Positions 50,700-64,000 of a DNA stretch of 64,000 nt are shown piece by piece. The first letter of the stretch is position 1; every line of letters starts with the position of its first letter. Location: positions 15,449 through 79,448 of the forward strand of contig NW_021833243.1 of NCBI RefSeq assembly GCF_006345805.1, in the 5' to 3' direction. The position numbers and the translations under genes were made by a program. The notes under the pieces are model-generated. The model saw nothing but the letters and a program-made list of their open reading frames with translations. It was not told where the DNA came from and did not search any database. This stretch comes from Octopus sinensis (Eukaryota).

Positions 50700-52590
50700 A
50701 TCACAAATGCTACACCTCAACAACTCGAAATAGCTCTAAAGCCCATATGGGGGAAAAAGAGCTATGTGACAAAAGGCAAGCTGTATGGAACCGTGGAAGT
50801 GAGATTCCCAACAGAGGAAGAGGCAAGGAAGAATACCATTTCGCCCTTGCAAACGGAGAGTTTGTTACTCGTGCCAACGTATCTCGGTCAACGAGTAATA
50901 AAAATCCGCATCGACCTGGTGCCACCTGAACTCAATATTCCTTGGCTAGTGGCAGCTGTCCTCTATGACATAGAGGACAACGTCACTATTCTCCAAGTCC
51001 ACAGGCAAAGAGAAAAGAACTGGTCAGGTATGGGAATTAAACTGCTGGTACAAATCCAGCAGGAAAACATTAATGCCATACCTGACTCGGTAAATTTGCC
51101 GGACGGCACCAGGCTGCACGTTGCTGGAGAGGGGCGAAGGCCAAAATGCTACCTCTGCAGCAGCCACAAATATTTAAAGAAAATTTGCACTGATACCGAG
51201 AGAGGGGAATGGCACACAGTGCCTTCGAAGAAGAAGCAAAAAGACACACATGAGAAGCATCAACAAATAGTACTTCCCAACATCAACAACAACACTTTCG
51301 ACACCACTACTGCCACTGCCACACACACCAACACATACAGACACGATTACAGCCATAAACTCAAAAAATGAAAAACTGGTTTCATATATAAAAGACAACA
51401 AAAGTACAAACATTACAGATTTCATAATACCTACACACAACACACCACCAGCACACATTCTCACCATTAAAATTAACCAAAAGACATACAGTGACATAAA
51501 ACAGAAATTTTCTAACGATGTCGGATCGCTAGGGAGAAGTTTCTCAAAGAAACTTTATAAAAACATAGTAGAAACACCTGTGCAAAAGCACAAGGGAGCC
51601 ACTCCCACCACCACCACCAACAACAGTAAGTAGAGCCTTTTTCTCCTTTTTTGTCACCTTTTGAAACATGGCAAAACTTAGAATCGGTTGCTTGAATGTG
51701 AGAGGCCTCGGATCACATTGGAAACAGGGTCACCTGTTAAACGACCTGAGGTTTCACAGTGTGGATGTAACAGCCATTAGTGAAACCAGGCTCTCCGACC
51801 CACAGGAACTCACAGCCCTTTTCGGCAGATACGAGATCTTTCTATCTCCGTGTCGGCGGGCGGTGGTGGTACTGCGGTGTTGTTTCGGAAGGACCTGGAC
51901 TTGAAAATAAGGACAGTCTTCCTGGATCCAGATGGTAAGTTGGTGGTCCTCGACGTAGACGGTAGTGACGGTGGTGCTTTCAGACTGCTGGCTGCCTACG
52001 CTCCGACAGGAGCAGGGCAGTTGGATTATTTCAAACGTCTGGAAGATTGCCCCGCCGACCTCCTTTAACAAGGAGGGCAAGGCCGTTTTCCTGTGCCTAG
52101 TAGCTGTGGCGAAAGAGGTTGTATGGTGGACCCGTTTGAAAGGGCTAAAGTCAGACACTTTCCTCTTTGGTCAAGGCCTCATCAACTTTTTCAAGTTTCA
52201 CTTGAAAAGGAAGATGAGGTTAGAGAGGAGAGTGCTGTCTGATGGCAAGTTTTCTGAAAGGTGGGTGAATTGTGCAAGAATGGCCAGTATAAATGGACCA
52301 ATTCTGAGGTTTCGCCTGTAATTGAAAAAGGTATTATAAAAGGAGAAAGGGGCTCTCTACCCCTCTTTTGACCAGGCTCCCGTGGTTTTTATGGGTTTTT
52401 CCACGCGAGACCTTTTCTTTTTTTCGAAGCGTCTCCTCTATTGGGAGTGTTGTAAATTGTTAAATTTTTTGTTGTTGTAAAGCTTGTTTACACGGACTTT
52501 TTTCTTTCGAAAATCGGACAAAACCTTTTGTAACCTTTCGTCCTGTTTTTTTCCTTTATGTATTCCAATCATATTTGTCAGCCCTTGTGG
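50700..52590 (+). mobile_element. Internally deleted Tx1-clade LINE: ORF1 (50766 to about 51630), ORF2 N-terminus (51668-52045) fused to ORF2 C-terminus (52046-52321), and 3' UTR
   Basis: ORF1 is homologous to 217-1299. MAKLRIGCLNVRGLG..AISETRL..DPDGKLVVLDV..AYAP then joins IAPPTSFNKEGKAVFLCLVAVAKEVVWWTRLKG with no RT motifs. Ends CCCTTGTGGCCAATAAAAAG(ATT)n. Confidence 0.88.
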
Positions 52591-52602
52591 CCAATAAAAA
52601 GA

Positions 52603-53250
<648 letters not shown>

Positions 53251-53277
53251 CTTCTTATTGTTGTTGTTGTTGTTATT

Positions 53278-53880
53278 AAGGCGGTGAGGTAGCAGAATCG
53301 TTACCGCGCCAGGTGAAGTGCTTAGCGGTATTTCGTCCGTCACTACATTCTGAGTTCAAACACCGTCGAGGTCGACTTTGTGTTTCATCCTTTCGGGTTT
53401 CGATGAAATAGGTACCAGTTACGCACTGTGCTTAATGTAACCGACTTGTCTCCTCCCCATAAAATCTGAGGCTTTGCGCCTATTGTAGAAAGGATTATTA
53501 TTATTATTATTATTATTAATATTATATTATTAGTTGTAGTAGTAGTAGTAGTAGTAGAGTGAAGGTGCGTGGCTTAGTGGTTAGGGCATTCGGCTCACGA
53601 TTGTAAAGTCGTGAGTTCAATTTCCGTCGACGCGTTGTGTCCTTGAGCAAGACACTTTATTTCACGTTGCTCCAGTCCACTCAGCTGGCAAATATGAGTT
53701 TGTACCTGTATTTCAAAGGGCTGGCTTGTCACACTCTGTGTCACGCTGAATCTTCCTAGGAATTGCGTTAGGGGTACGCGTGCCTGTGGATTGCTCAGTC
53801 ACTTGCACGTTAATTTCACGAGCAAGCTGTTCCCTTGATCGTATCAGCTGGGACCCTCGTCATCGTAACCGACGGAGTGC
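53278..53880 (+). mobile_element. SINE family A (53278-53495) and full-length SINE family B (53560-53880)
   Basis: Diagnostic A/B boxes and tails. Confidence 0.82.
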
Positions 53881-53911
53881 TCCTATACCTATTAGTAGTA
53901 GTAGCAGTAAT

Positions 53912-53972
<61 letters not shown>

Positions 53973-53984
53973 GTAGTAGTAGTA

Positions 53985-54021
<37 letters not shown>

Positions 54022-54984
54022 TGCAGTAATAGTGGCGCGAGGTTTTAAAGCCAACTGAAAAACGTAACGCATGTGTTTTGGTCTTAGACATTTTACCGAA
54101 GCATATTATACTCACTTAGCAAGATTTGTTTTGACCAATTTACATAACAACTACAATAACAACAACATCCACATCATTATGGAAAACATTTGACAGTAGC
54201 AACAACAACATCCAACTGCAAAGCGTGGCCCAAACGTCCGTAGTCAGAATGTCGCCTATCGAGATACTGTTTTAGCTGCAGCTCAACACCTTTTTTTCTT
54301 TTCCGAATACGGTTTTTCCTTCAATTTGATTCTTTAACCTTCTTGAAATGAGCGAAGCTGTGTACGAGAATTATAGCGAATGGGCAGTTGTATAAATTAG
54401 TGCGTTTATCAACAATTACACGGTGATTGATGGCCTCAAATGTTTTTGATAAATTCAGAATCGCTATAGAATTTGACGTATTTCTATGCATGTTTAATTA
54501 TGCTGTCAATTAACTCAGTACATAACGAATGGTAGAAGAACCGCTTAATATCTCATCATATCAGATGCATTAAATTCAAGCATTTAATTTATTTAGTAGC
54601 CAATCAAATACAAGATGCTGGATTCAGCCATGTTGGAGACTGTTCTTGACTGTTTAAGTGATCGGTTTTGCACATAATCTCTCAGTCAGAGCTTTAAGGA
54701 CTTGGATTCCTGGCGGCATCTGCTATATTTCATTAGGAAGAGAACTTTGATAAAGGAAACATTTATTTAGAGCAGATTGTAATGCAGTAGATAGAATCAA
54801 CCATTTGACTGTTGATGATCAAATATATCCATCAAAGTATGGTGAGATCTATTGATTTCAGCTGTCGGGGAATGAGAATAATTGCAAGGTTGTTCATACA
54901 AGCTTTAGTGTCATTAAAAACGAACAAAGAATAACTTCACTTTCTGTGTAGAGGGAGTGATTTAACCATTTGTATGTTTCTTAT

Positions 54985-55440
54985 TTCTTTATTGCCCACA
55001 AGGGCAGACGAAATACCTATTTCTTTACTACCCACAAGGGGGTAGTAAACACAGAGGGAACAAACAAGAACAGACAAACGGATTAAGTCAATTACATCGA
55101 CCCCAATACGTAACTGGTACTTAATTTATCGACCCCGAAAGGATGAAAGGCAAAGTCGACCTCGGCGGAATTTGAACTCAGAATGTAACGGCAGACAAAA
55201 TACCTATTTCTTTACTACCCACAAGGGTCTAAACACAGAGTGGACAAACAAGGGCAGACAAACGGATTTATTCGATTACATCGACCCCAGCGGGTAACTG
55301 GTACTTAATTTATCGACCCCGAAAGGATGAAAGGCAATGTCGACCTCGGCGGAATTTGAACTCAGAACGTAACGGCAGACGAAATACCCCTAAGCATTTC
55401 GTCCAGCGTGCTAATGTTTCTGCCAGCTCGCAGCCTTACC
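54985..55440 (-). mobile_element. Head-to-tail array of SINE family A (one full head plus truncated units)
   Basis: The unit GGCAGACGAAATACCTATTTCTTTACTACCCACAAGGG...GAACTCAGAA is repeated. Confidence 0.85.
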
Positions 55441-55479
55441 ATTTGTATGTTTCTGCCCTACTGCTTAAGATAGAATGCC

Positions 55480-56120
55480 GTCAGGCGTTCAACTCTCTCG
55501 ACCAGTTGGGCAATTCAGTTGATCAAAGTTGAAATTTAGCAATATCTTTAGAAAGGTACTGGTGGATAAAATCGATAATGTTCTTCAAGAAATTCTAGGT
55601 GTTGACTCGCACGAACTATCTGCTCTATTTGGGCTGGGAAATACTATTAATAATTTCCCGAATATCTTGGCTTTACAGTACTGCCGAAGGGCACTACCGG
55701 TTAACGATAAACACCAAAGGTACGGAAGTGCAACCAGGGGTATTTGCCCGACATGCGCGCAAAGCGACGAAACCGAACTGCACGTACTGTGTACTATCAG
55801 ATCAAATGCTATTTTGAGAGTTGTCACGTGTAGGACGAATCCAGCTATCTGCTAAGTTCATCGTGAAAATCATCACATCACTGCCTTTAAGATTCGAGAC
55901 AGGCGGTGCTCCTCAGTAAAATGGCAATGGCGAGAGAGGTTATGTGGTAGATGAGGCTAAAAGACATTTCTCTATTCCTCCAAGACCGCATCGACATTTT
56001 CCGTTTCGTTTGCTAAGAATAGTGAGGAAGGAGAGGGATATGTTCTCTTACAGTGAAATTGTCAAAAAGTGGGAGACTGTGACAAAAATGGTTTAGGCGA
56101 AAGGAACTACTCCAAGCATA
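55480..56120 (+). pseudogene. Old Tx1-clade ORF2 C-terminal remnant (zf-RVT)
   Basis: QYCRRALPV.DK..RYGS...CPTCAQSDET..H and MAMAREVMW..RLK, homologous to 4516-5016. Confidence 0.7.
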
Positions 56121-56979
56121 TACCTATTGATTGGAGGATAACATTGGAGTAAGAATTTGTGCCTTTGGTGTTCAGGACAATTCTGGAGATATGCGGTTCC
56201 TTGAGTAGCCCTAGTTAGAGGATCTCCTGTACCAGAAGGACTGCATTACCCATATTTTCGCATATTTTGTAAACTATATAAATGTGAGAAAATATCCCAA
56301 GGTGCCCTCTATATGGAGGACACCTTCAGATATTTTAGGATATATGGAGAACATAGAGATAAGTACCTGTAAAATATTTAATGTACCATGTGAATAAAAG
56401 ACATAATTAATTAGTTGAAATTTAACACGTAGAAAAAGTCATCAGTATTAAGGGTAATTTTTAACGAAGAGAAGAATTGGAGAGAACTTGGAAATCTAAA
56501 TTAACCGAACATCAAATGGAAACATGCAACTGGCAGTTGTCGGGTCATATATATATATATGTGTTTGTGTGTGTGATTCCCGAACTCGACGGGCAAACAG
56601 CATGAGCGTCCAAACCACCCACTTTATGTATGGATGTACCTGATGCGACGCAAACTGCAAAATGGGTGCAACAAATGGTGTACGGAGTCCCATCTATAAG
56701 GGGCAGTAGCAAGATCATCGAAACGATTGTCGTACAAAATAAAGACTGATATTAAATCCAACTTCTAGTTACTTAATCAATTATTATTATTATCTCAATT
56801 AACACTGCGGAATTCCTGAAGTAGATTCACGGAAATATACCCCGACTGCGGACGACACCAGGTAGCCCAAACCGTGCCAGTGCTTTACTGAACACTTCAA
56901 CACACTAATTCACATATACGAATTAGTCCAAAACATTACACACACACATACACACGCAAACACAAACACAGTCTTTCAT

Positions 56980-57090
56980 TCTTACGTGTTTCAGTCATTT
57001 TGACTGTGCTCATGCTGGAGCACCGCCTTTTAGTCGAATAAATCGAATCCTGGACTTGTTCTTTGTAAGTCTAATATTCTCTTTTCCCGA
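56980..57090 (-). mobile_element. SINE family D 3' part; further copies at 58010-58070 (-) and 60620-60800 (+)
   Basis: CATGCTGGAGCACCGCCTTTTAGTCGAA motif. Confidence 0.7.
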
Positions 57091-57132
57091 GCACAACATA
57101 CATTCACATTTATCCTTCTCTCTCTCTCTCTG

Positions 57133-57163
<31 letters not shown>

Positions 57164-57643
57164 TATTATATATATATATATATAACGTACTGTTCCATGA
57201 TACATAATACAAAATTTAAATAATTTAAATCAGAAGAGAACGAACATGCGTATATTAAATATATATATATATATATAATATATATATATATATACACATA
57301 TATATATATATGTTTGTGTGTGTGTGTAAATATAAATGTGTATATATATATAATATATATATATATATATCAAGTAAGGGACCGTACACGCCCTGCTTGC
57401 AGTGAGCGTTTTGAAAAATTATATTAATTACTATGCTGAACTCTGCGTCGAGTCGTGGACGTAACTAGTCAGTCGCTTAGTTTGTGTTTAACAAGAATTA
57501 ATATATATATATATCTCCATATATATATATATAATATATATATATTATGTATACGCATATATAAGTATACACACACACATACATACATACATAGATACAT
57601 ACATACATACATACATACATACATACATACATGCATGTATATG

Positions 57644-57735
<92 letters not shown>

Positions 57736-58682
57736 TAACTACTGTCTAGGTTACGTTCTGTGATTATGCTGACAGAGTCAGGAGAGCGAATCTACATTTC
57801 GATCTAAATGAGCGCGTGGGAGTGCACTTGTGATTCCTTGGTAACTTGAATATATCTGCGTGGCTACATAGGTGCACACACACACACACACACACAGAGA
57901 CACACGCAAATACACACATAGCCACACACAAACACACTTACACCCATGTATATATGCATATATGTATGCTTATAAATATATATGCTCACGTCTGCCTGTG
58001 GACGTATATTCTTTTATTCTTCTATTTGCTTCAGTCATTTAACTGCAACCATGCTGGAGCACTGCCTTTAATATATATATATATACATTATATGCATATT
58101 TGAATATATACATGCATATATCTATGTATGTGTCAATAATTTACATCTTTGTATGTCTATGTATGTATGTATGTATCTATCTATCTGTCCGTCTTTTTGT
58201 CTGTCTGTCTGTCTATCTGATGCTGTAATCCTGCGTTGTGGTCATTGGGAAGATAAAGCACATCGTCTAAGCATTTGCCGTCCATATAATAATGACCGCC
58301 TCTCGGAATGGAGGTTATAAAGAAGGGAGAAAGAAAGAGAAAGTGAGAGAGAGGGGGAGAGAAGGAGAGCAAGAGCGGGCATTGGCAGGATGGAGAGTGT
58401 GGGGGTAATATGGTGGATGTACTCGCTACAGATTAATTCGCATTAGACGATGGAATGGTGGTCCTGGCACTGCTAATCGTGGTGCTGAACGTGTATGGAA
58501 AGGGGTTAGGGATTTCTACAAAGACACACAGACAGATTATGGTTATGCATGGATGTGTTGCTGCTGGTGGTGGTGATGGTGGCGATAGTCGTCTTCTTGG
58601 TGGGGGAGGCGCAGCAATATCAATACACTTCATCAATAATTAAATGAACAGATGGACGTTATACAATAATTATCTTTTGTCT

Positions 58683-58718
<36 letters not shown>

Positions 58719-59194
58719 TTTGGCCTTAATTACTATCTGTAGAGTGCTTGCGTATTTATGTGCTTGCTTCGAAATGTATTCATAAATATGCATGAGTATG
58801 TGAATTTGTATACGCTTCAGTGTGTGTTGTGTGTGTGTGTGTGTGTGTATGCGTTAGTGTTTGATTGCTTGTGTTTGTGAATGCATTTATGCACAAACGT
58901 TTCTAAGAGTATTTATGCGCCCGTCGGTCCCTATCAGTATGCATCTGTGTATATGTGCAAGCCTGTATTACATATATGTACATACGCGCATATGTATATA
59001 TTTCCAAACGTAAGTGTTCATATATATATGTGTGTGTGTATGTGGTGTGTAGCTATACACACACTCACGGACACGCACACACACATACACACTCAACCAC
59101 ACTCACACGCACATGCAAACACACACACGCGGGTGCGTGCATATATATATATATATATGTAATATTTTTTTGGATTTGACTACCAGAATGCGCT

Positions 59195-59349
59195 TACGTA
59201 GGTGTATGTGGTAAGAAGCTTTCTTCCCAATCACATGGTCCCAGATTCAGTCCCACTGCTTGGCACCTTGGACAAGTGACTTCACCATAGCCTCGGGCCA
59301 ACAAGAGCCTTGAGAGTAGACTTGGGAGACAGAAACTGAAAGAAGCCCG

Positions 59350-59350
<1 letters not shown>
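59195..59350 (+). mobile_element. SINE family C copy
   Basis: GTGTGGTAAGAAGCT..CACATGGT..TTCAGTCCCACTGC.TGGCACCTTGGACAAGTG..GAAACTGAAAGAAGCCCGTC. Confidence 0.8.
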
Positions 59351-59382
<32 letters not shown>

Positions 59383-59384
<2 letters not shown>

Positions 59385-60532
59385 TGAATTGAAGAAATGG
59401 AGTTGAACGAAGATTGAACAGAAATCCTTTATTGCATTCTACACGTGTTTCGAAAGCCACAATTTACCAAATTCCGATTGAATAAGGAGACCATATTGTG
59501 TCTTTCTCTTCAGGAGAAATAGGAATTCCGTTGGCAGAACAAAAACAGAACAGAGGCGCAGCAAAACAAATCGAACGAGAGGCTCCTAAGAGCCCATGGC
59601 CAACTGTTTATCATGTATGTTGAATCGTGGGGGTGGTGGTGCGTTGAAGATATTTACAGGTCAGGCAGCGGTCAATCCGGTGGGTGAGAGCACGGGGTGT
59701 GTAGATGTTCTTTGTGACCGGACTAAGGTTCTGACTATTTTAAGAATATTAGGTGTATTATATGGGCGGGCAAATCTACTTAGAAACATGTGTGTGAACT
59801 GTTCTATATGTGCGCGGCCGTAAGTTTGGTAAAAGCGCTACACAATGTCACTGCTGAAAAATCCTTCAGGTGGCAGAAAATATTTTATGTGTTCGTGTGT
59901 TCGTCTATCATGCTTTGTCAAAAAAAACCTCACGTTGTCAAAACAAAACACCATTCGCCTAATGTGAGTAATTCCCCTTGCAAGGGTTAATCATATCTCT
60001 CTTAAAAGCTTTTTCAAAAAATTATTTCCAAGGGCTATTTTCATATAAGTAGGGTAACCGGGTGCAGGTATCATTTATAATCGTCATTTATAAGGAAGAT
60101 AAGTTAAAACGCCGCCAATGGGGGCATCGAAAGCCGACTGTAAAAGTCCGTTTACCATCCGGTCTCTGGCGAACATATAATGGAAAAGCTCATAGACACA
60201 AAGGTTGCACTTCCTTCTGCCCCTATCAAATGGGAGGGCCACCGACAAAATTGACCATTCCAGCCTTAGCTTGAGCTAGTATTCTTTAATCGCCATATTA
60301 GCTTGCTAAGTCCGTGGCTGGTATTTATTCACGTCGCGAAAAAAGTTGCGTAATGGTTGGAGATTCGTAAGGCCAATTTATTAAAATTCAATTATCCGCA
60401 CCAACGCACGGTTGCAACGCCATATGGTTGTACCTCCAACCGTGCTTTCTTCTGCTGTGATTTTTGCTATCAAGGTATCGGTTAAACTTTTGATTAATCT
60501 GCAACAAGATTATTCATCTTTCTATTTCACCA
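59383..60532. mobile_element. Second copy of the 14830-17283 PLE family: GIY-YIG end, 3' UTR and HHR on minus (59383-60380), with the tail segment inverted on plus (60385-60532)
   Basis: Collinear with 14985-16000. HHR on minus at 59437-59516 (CTGAAGAG-AAAGACAC...GTGGCTTT-CGAAAC-acgt-GTA). 60385-60532 is the reverse complement of 14835-14980. Confidence 0.85.
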
Positions 60533-60549
60533 AACATATATATATATAT

Positions 60550-60602
<53 letters not shown>

Positions 60603-61046
60603 TGGAGTCTGTTTCACTCCCCCACCGTTGCTGGTGTGTTTACGACCCCATAACTTAGTGGTTCGGCAAATGATACCGATAGAATAAGTAATAGGCGTAT
60701 AAAGAATAAACTCTGGGGTAGATTTCTCGACTGAAACCTTTTAAGGTGGTGCTCCAGCATGGCCGCAGTGAAATGACTGAAACAGGTGTAGGGATAAAAG
60801 AATAAATAGGAAAAGTATATATATAGTTATACAAGTATATGAATGTATGTATGAATGTGTGTGTGTGTGTGTGTGTGGTGTGTGTAATTTTGAATGGGTG
60901 TTTCTGAATGCATTATAAACACACAGAGATATTCACACACATAAGAGGGAAATGTGTAAGCGACTGTCTGCTTCACTGTCAACATGTGTAACCGTGTATT
61001 TGTGTTTACCTACAATCAATATTCGTATGCAACCGCGCCCTTGTGC

Positions 61047-61084
<38 letters not shown>

Positions 61085-61611
61085 TTATTGCTTTAAAAGT
61101 GTGTCAGGATCACCCCATAATGTCTGTATGAATATTTCTTTCCATCCGTCTCTGTCATTTCCTTCATTTCTGTTATCTTACTACTTAATTGAACTAATTT
61201 CATGTCCACGAAACTATTTTCTTCCATCTGCTCATTTTCTTTATGATCTCCGTCTTGCTCGTTTTCTCTCCCATCCTTTTCAATATAATACTTTTGTTTC
61301 CCAACTTATTATTGACACCCATTATATCGCTAAAAGTAGTTCAGCTGGTGTACAATGCAAAGATTTAGGACACCAATTTCTTATGAATTTGTCTCATTAT
61401 CGAATCTTTCAGTTCAGGAAATCTCTTACAGTCTTCAACATTTCATAAGTCTGTCTCTATTCTTACTTTCATCATTTTTATATATTCTCCAAATCTCTTT
61501 TCCCAAAGGCTTATAATTAAGTGAACAAGAACCTTAACACCTCTTTTCACTGTTCTAAATATAATACTCCGTTTTTATCAGAACTAATTTAGTTCGTACC
61601 ATACAAGAGTA

Positions 61612-62512
61612 TACGGTGGGTTATTCAAAAGAAACCGGAATTTCGCAGTATTATTTTACTCATTTAGTTTTACATGTTTACACTTTTATCGCCTTCAAGA
61701 TATTCTCTATTTGAATCAATACATTAGTGCAGGCGCATTTTCTGCTGTTTGAAGCAGTGCTCGAACTCTTACGAAGTGATGCCTTTTAATACCTCCGTCA
61801 TTTTTTTCTTCACCTTTTCCATATCTGCGAATTACGTAGCTCCAGCTTTCGTCACCAGTGATGATCTTTGAAAAAAGATCCGGATCAACCTCCGACTGTT
61901 CTTTCAGTTCTCAGCACGCATTCAGTCGTGACTGATTTTGCTCTTCCGTGAGCAAGCGAGCCACAAATTTTGCTGCAACTTTTTTTTATTCGCATTTCCT
62001 CGCTCAAAATTCTTTAGCAGGAGTTCTAGGACACAGCAATCATATTAACAAGTTCGTCGTTTGTTCGGTAACAGTCCTCCAAGACCAGTTCGTGAATTTT
62101 CATAATGTTTTCATTCCTTCGAGAGGTCAGCGGTCGTTCTGAACGAGGTTGGTCTTCAAGCGACAAATGCCATTCTTAACGTGCGAAAATCAGTCATAAA
62201 ATTGAGTTTTGCTCATGGCAGCGTCCTTGTAAGCTGTTTGAAGCATGACAACTGTTTTGGCCGCCGTTTTCCCCATCAGAAAACGAAATTTCACGAAAGC
62301 ATACTGTTCCTTCGTTTCAGCCACCGCAAAAATCGACGAACAGAGAAGTACTGCAAAACAAAGACGCACCACGTGACAATATGACCACAAAGGACAACGT
62401 CGATCAGCAGACTATTGCTTGATGGTCGCATCAAGGGGGCACTAGCGGTGGAAGCTTGAACTACAACGGGCTCGTGTCACAAAGAATATTTTCAGTTATT
62501 TTGGGGTACCCT
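61612..62512 (-). mobile_element. Mariner-family DNA transposon, internally deleted
   Basis: VKFRFLMGKTAAKTVVMLQTAYKDAAMSKTQ (HTH) through SKIITGDESW, joined directly to the C-terminus FADMEKVKKKMTEVLKGIT..CFKQ..CIDSNREYLEGD. Degenerate TIRs GGGT..CAAAA..AAC.G.AA. Confidence 0.82.
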
Positions 62513-62550
62513 GCATCTGCACTTACATATTACATCTTTCATTTAATTCT

Positions 62551-62805
62551 GTAAAGCTCTACCTGCGACGATTTCATCTCAATCGAAGGAGAGGAGCTTT
62601 CTCCGTCCGGGTTGCGGATCCGTGGAACAAGCTGCCAGACGAGATGGTGAAGATGCCGACGACCGCTTTGTTCAAAGCCTCCCTGGACCTCAAGTGGCCT
62701 GAACTCTTTACATGAACACCACCCTGTACTTAACTCCATGTCCCCCTACATGGCCTTGCTATTTGCTTTTGAGCCAAATTAACTAACTAACTAACTAACT
62801 AACTA
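62551..62805 (+). mobile_element. CR1-clade LINE extreme 3' end
   Basis: RRGAFSVRVADPWNKLPDEMVKMPTTALFKASLD (stop at 62713-15), short UTR, (TAAC)n tail. Confidence 0.8.
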
Positions 62806-64000
62806 GCCGATGCAATCCCTTATATAATCTGGTTGTCTCTGCAGTATTTTGTGTGTACAATTTAGTTTAAGCCATATATAAAAGTGCAATTGCGTATATG
62901 TTCTCTTAGTCATTTTCTTGTGCAGATGGTTTAGTTGGTGTAACATCTTGTAAAGTTTAGACCATGCTGGAGCAGCACCTTATTTATGGACTGAATCGTA
63001 TTTAGTTTATTCTTTATATTGTATTTCCTATTTTGCCATTTTGTCTGAGCATTATCTATTGTTTTTCTTTTTAAGTGAGTTTATTTATTTAAATGTTTCT
63101 GCCATGAACCTACACTTCTGGAGATGGATTGTCTGGTGATTGGAAGTGAAATCTAATCTATATAAATGATGTTTAACATTTTCAACACGTTCCTTTGGGA
63201 TGCGTTTTGCTTTTCGCCTTTATCTTCAATAACGTACGTAGAATTCAAGCACAAGTTTTAGATAAGCTACTGTTCCTTTTGCTATTCATCTTCTAAAGGG
63301 TTAATAACATACGAAGCAATCAAATATTGGTTTGAGATTAACCCCACTACGTTTCTGGACTTACGCCTATGTAAAATATCAATATAATGGTGTTATTAGA
63401 GTAATGGTGTGTTTATAGTTGAGAGTATCTTTTAAAATGACAGTATCTTTGACAGTCAACATTATCTTTCACAGTTGGCAGTATCATATCTTTGGGAGTA
63501 CCTCTAACAATCCACAGTATTTTTGACACTGTATTTGACATTCAACGTTATATTTGACAGCTGACAGCAACTTTGGACGCGTATTTCTGACATTTGACAG
63601 TATCTTTGAAATTATCTTTGAAATTCGATAAAATCCTTGATAGCATATTTGGCAGTTGACAATATTTCGACCGTTGACAATATATTTGACAATGTCTCTA
63701 ACTACTATTGAAACTATTTTTTATTGTTGACATCTTATTTAGAGTTAATAGAATACGGGCTATAATTAATGATACACAGTAAAATTAAGTTTGGAATTCC
63801 AGGTTATAAGGGATAAAATATTATAATTGTATGGAGAGAGAAGGGGATAGAGAGAAGAGGAAGAAAAGAGAGAGAGGGAGAACAGTGCGGGATAGAGAGA
63901 TAAATGCAAAAAGAAACGAGTAAAAGCAGGTCAAACTTATGAAAAGTATGCAGGTGTGTTAGGGTTAGGTTTAATTTTAAGATACATCTTGCAGATACTC

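Noticed and set aside
58455-58643. 62-aa ORF with a signal-peptide-like start (MVVLALLIVVLNVYG)
   Set aside because: Short and GT-rich, with no promoter, splice or homology support; expected by chance.
63958-63972. TTAGGGTTAGG as telomeric repeat
   Set aside because: Fewer than two full units.

Overview
AT-rich eukaryotic genomic DNA dominated by repeats, with no convincing host gene. The tRNA-derived SINE families, microsatellite load and retroelement mix point to a coleoid cephalopod, most likely Octopus (inferred from recognised repeats). Contents: (i) four Tx1/L1-clade LINE copies, one near full length at 1-5264; (ii) Penelope-like elements (PLEs) of at least two types: Poseidon-like RT/GIY-YIG copies at 8745-11059 and 18103-18780, and a second GIY-YIG type at 14830-17283, 20623-20835, 43590-43800 and 59383-60532; (iii) three R4/Dong-type restriction-like-endonuclease LINE 3' ends, all next to (AAT)n; (iv) two CR1-type 3' fragments, a deleted mariner and a MITE; (v) about 40 SINE copies or fragments and dozens of microsatellites. 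The most striking unannotated signal is RNA structure. About 14 type I hammerhead ribozyme (HHR) motifs with intact or near-intact cores, plus several relics, can be read by eye. Most sit in five inverted-repeat PLE derivatives that always place the HHR near the 3' end of each strand. One subclass has an unusually long stem II, one element couples a tRNA-like head to an HHR tail, and one HHR (5272-5352) has a compensatory U3:A8 core with a long stem I. The commonest SINE also shares its 3' tail with the local Tx1 LINE. Coordinates were read by eye; repeat boundaries are approximate. No folding program or database search was run.
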